From assembly GCA_965238225.1 (NCBI GenBank), contig OZ250183.1:1376001-1440000 (forward strand): DNA of 64,000 nucleotides, read 5' to 3'. Within the stretch, counting starts at the first letter, position 1; each line of letters begins with the position of its first letter. The notes under the pieces are model-generated. The model worked only from the letters and a program-made list of their open reading frames with translations. It did no database searches and was not told where the DNA came from. Position numbers and translations under genes: made by a program. This DNA comes from Gammaproteobacteria bacterium (GTDB lineage Bacteria; Pseudomonadota; Gammaproteobacteria; Eutrophobiales; Eutrophobiaceae). Below are positions 23,519 through 32,337 of this stretch, in pieces.

Positions 23519-23565
23519 TATTCTATCTCCTAATTAACTTACAGTGTTTATCTTGCAGTTACAAT

Positions 23566-23593
23566 AAATGGGGGGTGACTTACCATTTTTTAA
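23566..23593 (-). promoter_or_regulatory. Sigma32 (RpoH)-like promoter
   Basis: Minus strand TTAAAA-N14-CCCCATTT versus consensus TTGAAA-N13/14-CCCCATNT. Confidence 0.55.
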
Positions 23594-23654
23594 TGGCTAC
23601 AAAGTTATTTTTTAAAGAAATAAAGTATTTATTTTTGTGAAAATAATAAATACA

Positions 23655-24344
23655 ATGATGCCCATGGCAAAGATTAGTTATTTTTCACATATCTTCGGTA
23701 ACTCTCCAGTCTCACCGCTGCAAAAACATACAGCCAGTGTTATCGCCTGTGTAGAACAGCTCATTCCCTATTTTGAAGCCGTTTTTGAGGGTGATTGGGA
23801 TGCAGCTGCAAATATCCAGAAGAAACTCGCCTTTCTTGAAGGGGAAGCCGATGACACCAAAAATAAATTACGCATGAACCTGTCTACAAGCCTGTTCATG
23901 CCTATCGACCGAGGAGACATCCTTGAGGTTCTGAAGATACAAGATCTGATTGCCAATCGAGCAAAAGATATTTCCGGACTCGTCCTCGGCCGTGAAATGG
24001 CTATCCCAAGCGTTTTGACTGATGATTTCATGGTCTTCCTGCGACGCTGCATTGATGCCGCAGAACAAGCTAAAGTGGCTATTAATGAGCTGGATGAGCT
24101 GGTCGTTACAGGCTTTCGAGGGGATGAGGCAACACGTGTCAGGAAAATGATTGCTGAGCTACATATTACTGAAGGTGAAACCGATGAAATTCAGATCAAA
24201 CTGCGCGCCTCTTTGCATGCGCTTGAAGATGATTTAGCCCCTGTTGATGTCATGTTTATATACAAAATAATCGAATGGATTGGTGATCTTGCTGATGCAG
24301 CACAAAGCACTGGTAATCATTTGCAGTTAATGCTTGCTAAATAA
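23655..24344 (+). CDS. TIGR00153/DUF47 phosphate transport regulator
   Basis: SP.SPLQKH, LFMPIDRGD, QD.IANRAKDISG, PVDVMFIY; upstream of pit. Confidence 0.93.
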   Translation: MMPMAKISYFSHIFGNSPVSPLQKHTASVIACVEQLIPYFEAVFEGDWDAAANIQKKLAFLEGEADDTKNKLRMNLSTSLFMPIDRGDILEVLKIQDLIANRAKDISGLVLGREMAIPSVLTDDFMVFLRRCIDAAEQAKVAINELDELVVTGFRGDEATRVRKMIAELHITEGETDEIQIKLRASLHALEDDLAPVDVMFIYKIIEWIGDLADAAQSTGNHLQLMLAK

Positions 24345-24404
24345 TTTCCAGAATTGAAGCAGATATATTTAACCAAAAACATATTGACCTTAAGGCGCTT
24401 CGTC

Positions 24405-25664
24405 ATGGAACACGCAATATTTTTATTGATACTTGCTGCTGTATTTGGTTTGTTTATGGCTTGGGGTATTGGTGCTAATGACGTTGCTAATGCTATGGCA
24501 ACATCTGTTGGCTCAAAGGCACTGACAATCAAAACAGCCATTATTATTGCTGTAATCTTTGAATTTTCAGGCGCTTTTCTCGCAGGCGGTGAAGTGACTG
24601 CCACTATCCGAAAAGGCATGGTGGATTCTGCCATGTTTGCTCACTCCCCAGAATTGCTTGTCTATGGCATGTTATCGGCACTGCTTGCAGCAGGTATCTG
24701 GTTGTTATTTGCAACGCATTCAGGTCTGCCAGTCTCTACTACCCATTCTATCGTCGGTGCCATTGTTGGGTTTGCGGCAGTAACAATGGGCATACATGCA
24801 GTGCAGTGGGGGCAAGTTGCTTATATTGCAATGAGCTGGATTGTCTCTCCAATCATAGCAGGAGTGATGTCCTACTTACTCTACCGAAGCGTCCAGTTTT
24901 TGATATTAGATAGCGCAGATCCGCTTAAAAACTCCAAACGTTACGTGCCTATATATATCTTTATGACAGGATTTATTATTACACTGATTACTGTATTTAA
25001 AGGTTTTAAGCATATTGATTTAGACATGACATATATTGAATGTTATGGCATCGCAACCATTATCGGAACTGTTTCTACCATTATTGGTATTTTTATGATC
25101 CGTCAGATAAAAAATCAACCAGTGATTACCGATGGATTTCACCTGCATAATGTTGAACTGGTATTTGGCATATTAATGATCTTTACAGCATGTGCCATGG
25201 CCTTTGCGCATGGCTCTAATGATGTTGCTAATGCCATAGGACCTGTTGCTGCGATTGTTGGTATTATAAACAGTGGCGGTATCATTGAACAAAAATCGGT
25301 GCTCCCTGTATGGGTTTTATTGCTGGGCGCAGCCGGCATTGTTGCTGGTCTTGTTATGTATGGACATAAGGTGATTGCAACCGTGGGGGTTGGTATTACA
25401 GAACTAACGCCGAGCCGTGGCTTCTGTTGTAATCTTTCAGCTTCAGCAACCGTCGTCCTTGCCTCAGGAAATGGAATGCCCATTTCGACAACCCATACAT
25501 TAGTTGGTGCGGTGCTCGGAGTGGGTCTTGCGCGAGGAATCTCCGCATTGAATCTGCGTATGATTGGGTCTATTTTCATGTCGTGGATCATCACACTGCC
25601 TGCTGGTGCTATCCTAGCAATTATTTTCTTTTACATCCTAAAGACAATATTTACAATATTTTGA
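24405..25664 (+). CDS. pit: Inorganic phosphate transporter (PiT family)
   Basis: GANDVANAM and HGSNDVANA signatures, PVSTTH/PISTTH; ATG at 24405 preferred. Confidence 0.95.
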   Translation: MEHAIFLLILAAVFGLFMAWGIGANDVANAMATSVGSKALTIKTAIIIAVIFEFSGAFLAGGEVTATIRKGMVDSAMFAHSPELLVYGMLSALLAAGIWLLFATHSGLPVSTTHSIVGAIVGFAAVTMGIHAVQWGQVAYIAMSWIVSPIIAGVMSYLLYRSVQFLILDSADPLKNSKRYVPIYIFMTGFIITLITVFKGFKHIDLDMTYIECYGIATIIGTVSTIIGIFMIRQIKNQPVITDGFHLHNVELVFGILMIFTACAMAFAHGSNDVANAIGPVAAIVGIINSGGIIEQKSVLPVWVLLLGAAGIVAGLVMYGHKVIATVGVGITELTPSRGFCCNLSASATVVLASGNGMPISTTHTLVGAVLGVGLARGISALNLRMIGSIFMSWIITLPAGAILAIIFFYILKTIFTIF

Positions 25665-25701
25665 AAACGATGCCTAGGCAAAATAAGCGCTTGGACACAA
25701 C

Positions 25702-25735
25702 AACCCATGCCAAATAACCCATGCCAAATAACCCA
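25702..25735. repeat. 14-bp tandem repeat AACCCATGCCAAAT, ~2.4 copies
   Basis: Read directly between the convergent pit and coq7 genes. Confidence 0.8.
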
Positions 25736-25746
25736 GCACAAACAAG

Positions 25747-26391
25747 CTAGATCCGATACGCGACCTTGGTCATCACTTTTGCAAGTAATCTCATTGCATT
25801 TTTGACAGGGATTGGTAATGCTTGAGCACCTGCACCTAAAGCGACACTGGCATGATGCGCTTCATCTTCTCGCATTTGTTCTAAAATGGCTCGACTTCTC
25901 AAATCGCTTTTGGGCAGCTTTTTCAGGTGTTGATGCAGATGTTTCACCACTTGATTCTCAGTCTCAACAACAAACCCAAGATTCCATTTATCTCCAAATA
26001 AACCAGCCAAAATACCCAGAGTAAATGAACCAAGAAACCAGAAAGGATGCAGACGGCTCGTGCGTCCGCCAAGCTCAGTTAGACGTTGCTTACACCAAAC
26101 GAGGTGGCATATTTCATCTTCTGCCGAGCATTGCATGGCTTTTTGAATAGCATAAGACCGTGCAGTGAGTGCCTGCGCTTTGTAAAGTGCCTGCGCCCCC
26201 AACTCGCCCGCATGATTTACCCGCATAAGGCTTTCGGATTGACAGCGCTCGGTTTCTGACAGCGCCGAATGTTCGACCTTTTCGGCAGGATAAGCGCGTA
26301 ATGTCTGTTGTGGCTGGTTTAGAAATTTTCTACAACGCGCATCAATGGTATTAATGAGGGCATCTAAAGCAGTGTAATTTCGTTCACTCAT
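25747..26391 (-). CDS. coq7: Demethoxyubiquinone hydroxylase Coq7
   Basis: LMRVNHAGE..AQALY, E..HL.WC, LGFVVETE.QV..HL, MREDE..H di-iron motifs; ATG at 26391 preferred. Confidence 0.93.
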   Translation of the reverse strand: MSERNYTALDALINTIDARCRKFLNQPQQTLRAYPAEKVEHSALSETERCQSESLMRVNHAGELGAQALYKAQALTARSYAIQKAMQCSAEDEICHLVWCKQRLTELGGRTSRLHPFWFLGSFTLGILAGLFGDKWNLGFVVETENQVVKHLHQHLKKLPKSDLRSRAILEQMREDEAHHASVALGAGAQALPIPVKNAMRLLAKVMTKVAYRI

Positions 26392-26495
26392 GCCTTCTAT
26401 AATAACCTCTAATGTGTGCCTGTAATAGCTCAAGGATACATACATACCAAGCTATTTATACCATAAACTCCTCTAAAAGGAATGGCATATCAATA

Positions 26496-26524
26496 TTGAC
26501 AGTCCAGCAGTCAATCCGTACTAT
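26496..26524 (+). promoter_or_regulatory. Sigma70 promoter of rplM-rpsI
   Basis: TTGACA-17 nt-TACTAT, 45 nt upstream of rplM. Confidence 0.8.
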
Positions 26525-26569
26525 TCGATCTCTTTTTGACGGCTTATTGCAACAGTATATTTTAAGTTA

Positions 26570-26998
26570 ATGACAACCTATACAGCAAAACCCTCTGATA
26601 TCAAACGAGATTGGTATATTGTTGATGCCAGCGGTAAAACTTTAGGCAGGCTTGCATCTGAACTTGCCAAGCGTTTGCGCGGCAAACATAAACCAGAATA
26701 CACGCCGCACATGGATACTGGCGACCATATTATTGTCATCAATGCCAAAGAAGTGAAAGTGACTGGCAATAAATTCACAGACAAAACCTATAATCACTAT
26801 ACTGGATTCCAAGGCGGCTTAAAATCAATCACCTTTGACAAACTGATTAACAAGAAACCGGAAATGATTATCGAAAAAGCAGTAAAAGGTATGCTTCCCA
26901 AAGGCCCCCTTGGCAGAGACATGTACCGCAAGCTCAAGGTATATCCTGGCGCAGAACACAAGCATTCTGCACAACAACCAAAGGTATTGGAAATTTAA
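26570..26998 (+). CDS. rplM: 50S ribosomal protein L13
   Basis: [41 protein letters not shown]. Confidence 0.99.
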   Translation: MTTYTAKPSDIKRDWYIVDASGKTLGRLASELAKRLRGKHKPEYTPHMDTGDHIIVINAKEVKVTGNKFTDKTYNHYTGFQGGLKSITFDKLINKKPEMIIEKAVKGMLPKGPLGRDMYRKLKVYPGAEHKHSAQQPKVLEI

Positions 26999-27001
26999 TC
27001 A

Positions 27002-27394
27002 ATGGCAACAGACATCTATTACAGCACAGGACGGCGTAAAAGCTCGGCGGCGCGTGTATTCATCCAGCTTGGTAACGGCACCATAACGATTAACAATAGA
27101 AAACTTGATGAATATTTTGGGCGTGAAACAAGCGGCATGGTCGTCCGTCAGCCATTAGAAACAGTTAAATTGCTCGGTCAAATGGATGTTAATGCCACGG
27201 TTAAAGGTGGCGGTATTACTGGTCAGGCAGGCGCAGTCCGCCATGGCATCGCCAGAGCCTTGATTAGATATGATGAAACGCTGCGTAAACCACTACGACA
27301 GGCAAAATTTGTAACTCGCGATGCACGTGAGGTTGAACGTAAGAAAGTCGGTCTACATAAAGCACGCAAACGTCCACAATTCTCAAAACGTTAA
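27002..27394 (+). CDS. rpsI: 30S ribosomal protein S9
   Basis: [37 protein letters not shown]. Confidence 0.99.
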   Translation: MATDIYYSTGRRKSSAARVFIQLGNGTITINNRKLDEYFGRETSGMVVRQPLETVKLLGQMDVNATVKGGGITGQAGAVRHGIARALIRYDETLRKPLRQAKFVTRDAREVERKKVGLHKARKRPQFSKR

Positions 27395-27412
27395 GTTCTC
27401 CAAGTTGCTTGG

Positions 27413-27438
27413 AAAAAGAGACTAAGCCCTCTTTTTTT
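27413..27438 (+). terminator. Possible intrinsic terminator after rpsI
   Basis: AAAAAGAG ... CTCTTTTTTT inverted repeat with T-tract; weak stem. Confidence 0.5.
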
Positions 27439-27485
27439 GTCGCTGTGATTCCTGTCAAGTTAAATACATAATGCCCTATAATAAT

Positions 27486-27559
27486 TGGGGGTTCGTCTAA
27501 CGGCAGGACTGCGGACTCTGACTCCGCCAGTAGAGGTTCGAATCCTCTACCCCCAGCCA
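27486..27559 (+). tRNA. tRNA-Gln(CTG)
   Basis: Acceptor stem TGGGGGT/ACCCCCA, anticodon arm GCGGA-CT-CTG-AC-TCCGC, GGTTCGAATCC T-loop, encoded CCA. Confidence 0.97.
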
Positions 27560-27660
27560 TTTTTGCCAATAACACTTTGGCGATGAGTTCTGTAAAGATT
27601 GCATTCCAATTTAACGAGGCTTAAGATACAAATTATCACAAGCATAATTCATCACAAGCA

Positions 27661-27701
27661 CAGGCAAACAGGCACAGGCAAACAGGCACAGGCAAATAGG
27701 C
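27661..27701. repeat. 14-bp tandem repeat CAGGCAAACAGGCA, ~3 copies
   Basis: Read directly upstream of the pilin gene. Confidence 0.85.
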
Positions 27702-27815
27702 GATGGATTAAAATATGCCCGAACGATTATGCACAGCTGTAGGCTGAATATATGGTGACAAGCCTAAGTTTAATGTAAAATTAAGATCCGATGACGAGCT
27801 TAAGGCAATGCCAAC

Positions 27816-28271
27816 ATGAACAACAAACAACAGGGTTTTACCTTGATAGAACTGATGATGGTGTTAGCGATCATCGGTATCTTGGCCTCAACCGCACTGC
27901 CAGCCTATCAGAATTACATCAAAAAAGCGCAGCTGGCGACTGTTGCCTTAGAGATTAAAAACATCAAAAGAAGGTTTCAACTGGCAAAAGAGACAGGGGT
28001 GAATATGCCTAAGGGCACATATTACAATGACAGCTTGAGCGGCACAAGCGCTCTTGGTATAGACATCAGCACCAGCGCTAGAAACATGTGTGCGTGGACA
28101 ATTATAATAAGCGCGCCCGCACCAAACTCGATTGATGCTCTGATGTGTGATATCACCAGAGGGCACTATCATAATGGCAGGGTTGTATTGTACTACCATC
28201 CTTGGCGTTGTCAGATGGGTCTTATGCCTCCTGATGAAGATTTGGATGATTTAAAGAAATTTCTCTGCTGA
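27816..28271 (+). CDS. Type IVa pilin-like protein
   Basis: Class III signal KQQG|[25 protein letters not shown]; four Cys in the globular part. Confidence 0.92.
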   Translation: MNNKQQGFTLIELMMVLAIIGILASTALPAYQNYIKKAQLATVALEIKNIKRRFQLAKETGVNMPKGTYYNDSLSGTSALGIDISTSARNMCAWTIIISAPAPNSIDALMCDITRGHYHNGRVVLYYHPWRCQMGLMPPDEDLDDLKKFLC

Positions 28272-28335
28272 GATTAGCCGAATCTGCGTTCTATAGGATT
28301 GAACGCTGTGGCTTACACACCGTGCGCTACACAAT

Positions 28336-28406
28336 AAAACTTAAAAACACGGAAAACTTAGAAACACGGAAAACTTAGAAAGCACGGAAAACTTAAAAAG
28401 CACCGG
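28336..28406. repeat. 17/18-bp tandem repeat AAAACTTAGAAACACGG, ~4 copies, overlapping the stop codon of gene A
   Basis: Read directly; the last copy contains the TTA stop at 28393. Confidence 0.8.
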
Positions 28407-28899
28407 CTGTGCTGTCTACTGTAAGTGTTGAGCTGGCTGTACTGGCACTGCCTCCTGCATCAGTGATTGTTGCAATGACTTGGTAAGTGCCTTCATTAAG
28501 TGCATTAAAAACTGCTACTTGCGCACGCCATGTGTTTGGGGTTACGCTGGCATCAACAACAGGTGTATTGGTAGCAACACTGTTTACTGTTACAGAGTTT
28601 AGTGTCTCACCTGTCGCAAGTGTGCCGGTGATTTCCGGGGTGTCGTCGTTGGTCGTTAGTGCGTCCACCGTGACAGCTTGAGCCGCCTGTGTAAAAAGAC
28701 CTGTAAAAAGCCCTGCAAAAAGACCTACAAGAAGAAAGACCAGCACCAAGCGTTTTGGATTATTGTCTGTGGTGGTGCTTAATCTACTCATAATTAATCT
28801 ACTCATAATTAATCTACTCATAATTAATCTACTCATAATTAATCTACTCATAATTAATCTACTCATTAACTGCATAGGCTTACTGTTCAGTATTACCAT
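28393..28899 (-). CDS. Array gene A: truncated adhesin paralogue (signal peptide plus one Ig-like domain)
   Basis: Start MVILNSK after GAGGAATGTT, as in genes B and C. The Ig domain is nearly identical to the first domain of B. Ends abruptly at TVDSTAGAF*. Confidence 0.7.
   Translation of the reverse strand: MVILNSKPMQLMSRLIMSRLIMSRLIMSRLIMSRLIMSRLSTTTDNNPKRLVLVFLLVGLFAGLFTGLFTQAAQAVTVDALTTNDDTPEITGTLATGETLNSVTVNSVATNTPVVDASVTPNTWRAQVAVFNALNEGTYQVIATITDAGGSASTASSTLTVDSTAGAF
28779..28868. repeat. 15-bp in-frame VNTR TTAATCTACTCATAA x6 (MSRLI) in the gene A signal region
   Basis: Five perfect copies and one near-perfect copy read directly. Confidence 0.95.
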
Positions 28900-29003
28900 A
28901 ACATTCCTCAACCTTGCGATTATAGCGAACATCTTGTTGTAGAATACAATTCCTTGAGCAGTAGAATACAATTACTTGAAAGATGCAAGTATTACTCTAA
29001 AGT

Positions 29004-32000
29004 CTAAAACTCAAGACCAAGCTCGAAGTCAAAACTGTCGGTGTGCCCTGAGTCTATGATCTCAGTGCGCTCATAGCCTACTGAACCATAAGCGCCGGTT
29101 TGGGCTTTATATTCAACACCGATACCAAACTTCAAGTTGTGTGTGGCACTGCCGTCTGTAGACAGGGTGTATATTTGTCTGGTCGGGTCGCTCAGGTAAT
29201 AAAGTTCAGCGTCAGAGCTCGGACTTATATCAACACCGTATTCAGCCACACCGAAGGGTCTCAGTGCGCCTTGATTAAGCTCAATGAGACCGTCTATATC
29301 AAGCCCTGTGTACAACACTAGGGTATTTATATCTTGTTTGTTGTAAGTCAGTGCAAAGTCTGAACCAGATTCAGCAAAGTCTCCCAGACTGCTGTATGAC
29401 ACATTAACCCTGCCATAGGGAGAGAGGTTTATATCCTCTTCTTGGAATTTACCTCTGAAGGTCAAGGATGCAAATATTTGTTTTATGTCACGGCTGCCTG
29501 TGAGTAATATATTGTCATTGCCACGGCGTTTTGTATCTACATTAATGCCGCCTACACCTATCATACCTTCAATGGCAGTGTTGTTGTGCAAGTCTAGGGC
29601 AGTGTAGACCGCAAAGCTTATGGCATCTGAATTCAGTGTTGTGTCGTTATTGCCAATCTCAACATCACCTGTACCTAAGCTTACGGCAACACCTAAAAGC
29701 TGTTTGTCATTGGCTGTATATCTGTCTACGCCTAGGGAGATGTTTTGTGAGAAGCTGTCCTGTGCAGATGTGGTGGTGGTTGCATCATAATCACCTAGGG
29801 TGATATTGCCGGCAGTCCAGATTGCCCAAGTATCACTGATGCTGTTACCGCTTAAGGGGTTTAGGGCAGTCAGATGGCCTAAAGTATTGTCTAGGGTATT
29901 GTGTGCCAGTTTGGCAAATTCATTGGCGGCACGGTCGCTAAGCTCTTGTTTGAGCGCAGCAAACACAGACGTGCTGTGGTCGGCGTTATGCTTGGTATTA
30001 TTGGCCAGTGTTCTTGCCATGTTGGCAAGGCGTGCTTGGCTCACAAGGCTATTTTCTTTGGGATTATTGGCCTTATATTCTGCCTTAAAGAGTGCGTCCA
30101 GTGTCGGATGTGCAAAGTTTAAGGTTATGCCTTGATGAGACAGGTTGTTGCTGCCTTTGTGGCGGCGTAACCAGTTCATGCGGTTGGTAATGGTGGTTAC
30201 TGAGGTCTTAGTCCAGTCGACTGCTATATCAGCTTGCATGTTAACACCAGACACAACATCTTTAACTGTTGCAGGGTCAGGGGTGGGCGGTGTTGCTGAT
30301 ACGCTAAAGCTAAAAGTAGCTTGCGTCGCATCACGGCTTGCGCGGTCTACAAATGCGCCTGCTGGGATATTGACTGTGTATTCTGTACTCAGATCAAGAT
30401 TGTTGGACGGGTTGATGGTGACAGCATCAGTATCATTGGCTGTGACTTGTGCACCTGTCACATCAAGTGCTATGGCGGTGCCGCCTGTAGGGGTTAAGGT
30501 GATGGTACCTGTGCCGGCGCTGACTCGCTCACTGAAATTCAGGATAATATCAACATTGGCTGGCACCTCTGTGGCACTGTCTGTCAGTGCGTAGCTTGTA
30601 TTGTCTCTACCAAATGCGTAGGTAGTTAAGCTCGGACTGGTGGTATCAGCGGTGACAGTCAAGACAGCATTCGATGGGCTGGAAACATTACCAGCGCGGT
30701 CTTGTACAAATAATCTATAAGTGCCACTGGCTTGTGGGGCGTAAATAGAAGTAGCATTACCCGCAGCACGGGTGATGGTGGCGCCTTCTGTAAAGTTTTG
30801 CGTGCCTTCTGGTGCAAACCAGATGCTATTGCCGGCATTGCCAGAACTTGTAATGGTGACTTTTTCGTTAGCCATAGCACTTACCGCGCTGGCAAAGACT
30901 GTATCTTGAACCGTGTGGGTAGGCGCTGTGGCTGATACAGTAAAGGTAAAGATACTAGGCAGATTTGGCACAATGTTGCCGGCAAGGTCAGAGAATGATG
31001 ATGAGCCGGCGGATACTGTAACACTTTCACTCGCAACAAAGTCAACGCTTGGATTAATGCTCACCGTATTGCCCACAACTGTGATGCGTGGGTCTGCGCT
31101 GGGAATGGTTTCAGATATAACTGCGGATGTATGAAGAATGATACTGCCTGCACCGCCCGCCACTTTCATGACCACCTCATCAAAGGTCAAGATAATATTG
31201 GCATCGGTGGCAACATTTGTTGCTTGCTCGCTAATTAGATATTGCCTGCCATCTCCGAATGAATAGAATACCAATGCCGGCGCTGTGCTGTCTATGGCGA
31301 GTTCGTTGCTTGTGGTGTCTGTGCCGATATTGCCGGCTGCATCGGTGAATGTTGCACTAACCTCATAGCTGCCATCAGCAAGTGCATTGGCACTTGCCAC
31401 TGTAAAAGACCAAGTGCCATCTGTAGCAACAGTGGGTGTGTAGGTAATAGAGTTTAGCGTCACAGAAAGACTTTCTCCTGTGCCAAGCCCTACGCCTGTG
31501 TCTGTTGTGCCGGTGATGGTTGGGGTGGTGTCATTGCTGCTTAGTGCGTCAACTGTGGGTATAGGCACTGTGTTGTCTACGGTAATGGTAGTACCTGTGA
31601 TAGGGGTTGTGGTGATGGCATTGCCTGCTAAGTCTTGCCCTGTACTTAAGGTAAAGCTTTGTGCACCATCACCAGTACCGACTGTCCAGTCATAGGTATA
31701 GGTTGTTGTATTGACCCTTGTCATGTTGGCGGCAGCAATGCTCTCTACACCAGTGCCTGTAATCTGCGGGATAGGGTTAACTTTTATAGACTCAGAAAAG
31801 GCAGCAGTGATGGTAATGCTATCTCCTGCTTTTACCAGTGTGGCAGTATTAGTGCCTGTGCCATAGGTATAAGCAAGGGTGGCTGTCGGGGCTGTGGTAT
31901 CAATGGTCAGTTCGTCTGTTGAGGAGTCTGTTAGTACACTGCCTCCTGCATCAGTGATTGTTGCAACGACTTGGTAAGTGCCTTCATTAAGTGCATTAAA

Positions 32001-32246
32001 AACCACTACTTGCGCACGCCATGTGGTTGGGGTTACGCTGGCATCAATAACAGGTGTATTGGTAGTAACACTGTTTACTGTTACAGAGTTTAGTGTCTCA
32101 CCTGTCGCAAGGGTGCCGGTGATTTCTGGGGTGGTATCGTTGGTTGTTAGTGCGTCCACCGTGACAGCTTGAGCTGCCTGTGTAGAAAGACCTGTAAAAA
32201 GACCTACAAGAAAAAAGACCAGTGCCTTACTGTTCAGTATTACCAT
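29004..32246 (-). CDS. Array gene B: autotransporter adhesin with Ig-like passenger and C-terminal beta-barrel (~1080 aa)
   Basis: Signal peptide ending AAQA; Thr-rich Ig-like repeats (NDTTPTITGT, DLAGN); C-terminal domain with amphipathic strands ending FDFELGLEF; RBS favours ATG at 32246. Confidence 0.88.
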   Translation of the reverse strand: MVILNSKALVFFLVGLFTGLSTQAAQAVTVDALTTNDTTPEITGTLATGETLNSVTVNSVTTNTPVIDASVTPTTWRAQVVVFNALNEGTYQVVATITDAGGSVLTDSSTDELTIDTTAPTATLAYTYGTGTNTATLVKAGDSITITAAFSESIKVNPIPQITGTGVESIAAANMTRVNTTTYTYDWTVGTGDGAQSFTLSTGQDLAGNAITTTPITGTTITVDNTVPIPTVDALSSNDTTPTITGTTDTGVGLGTGESLSVTLNSITYTPTVATDGTWSFTVASANALADGSYEVSATFTDAAGNIGTDTTSNELAIDSTAPALVFYSFGDGRQYLISEQATNVATDANIILTFDEVVMKVAGGAGSIILHTSAVISETIPSADPRITVVGNTVSINPSVDFVASESVTVSAGSSSFSDLAGNIVPNLPSIFTFTVSATAPTHTVQDTVFASAVSAMANEKVTITSSGNAGNSIWFAPEGTQNFTEGATITRAAGNATSIYAPQASGTYRLFVQDRAGNVSSPSNAVLTVTADTTSPSLTTYAFGRDNTSYALTDSATEVPANVDIILNFSERVSAGTGTITLTPTGGTAIALDVTGAQVTANDTDAVTINPSNNLDLSTEYTVNIPAGAFVDRASRDATQATFSFSVSATPPTPDPATVKDVVSGVNMQADIAVDWTKTSVTTITNRMNWLRRHKGSNNLSHQGITLNFAHPTLDALFKAEYKANNPKENSLVSQARLANMARTLANNTKHNADHSTSVFAALKQELSDRAANEFAKLAHNTLDNTLGHLTALNPLSGNSISDTWAIWTAGNITLGDYDATTTTSAQDSFSQNISLGVDRYTANDKQLLGVAVSLGTGDVEIGNNDTTLNSDAISFAVYTALDLHNNTAIEGMIGVGGINVDTKRRGNDNILLTGSRDIKQIFASLTFRGKFQEEDINLSPYGRVNVSYSSLGDFAESGSDFALTYNKQDINTLVLYTGLDIDGLIELNQGALRPFGVAEYGVDISPSSDAELYYLSDPTRQIYTLSTDGSATHNLKFGIGVEYKAQTGAYGSVGYERTEIIDSGHTDSFDFELGLEF

Positions 32247-32337
32247 AACATTCCTCAACCTTGCGATTACAGCAAACATCTTGTTGTTAAGAATGTTAAT
32301 GATTAAAAGATGCAGTATTACACTAAAACTCTAAAGT

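Noticed and set aside
27264-27575. 103-aa minus-strand ORF
   Set aside because: Antisense to rpsI and tRNA-Gln
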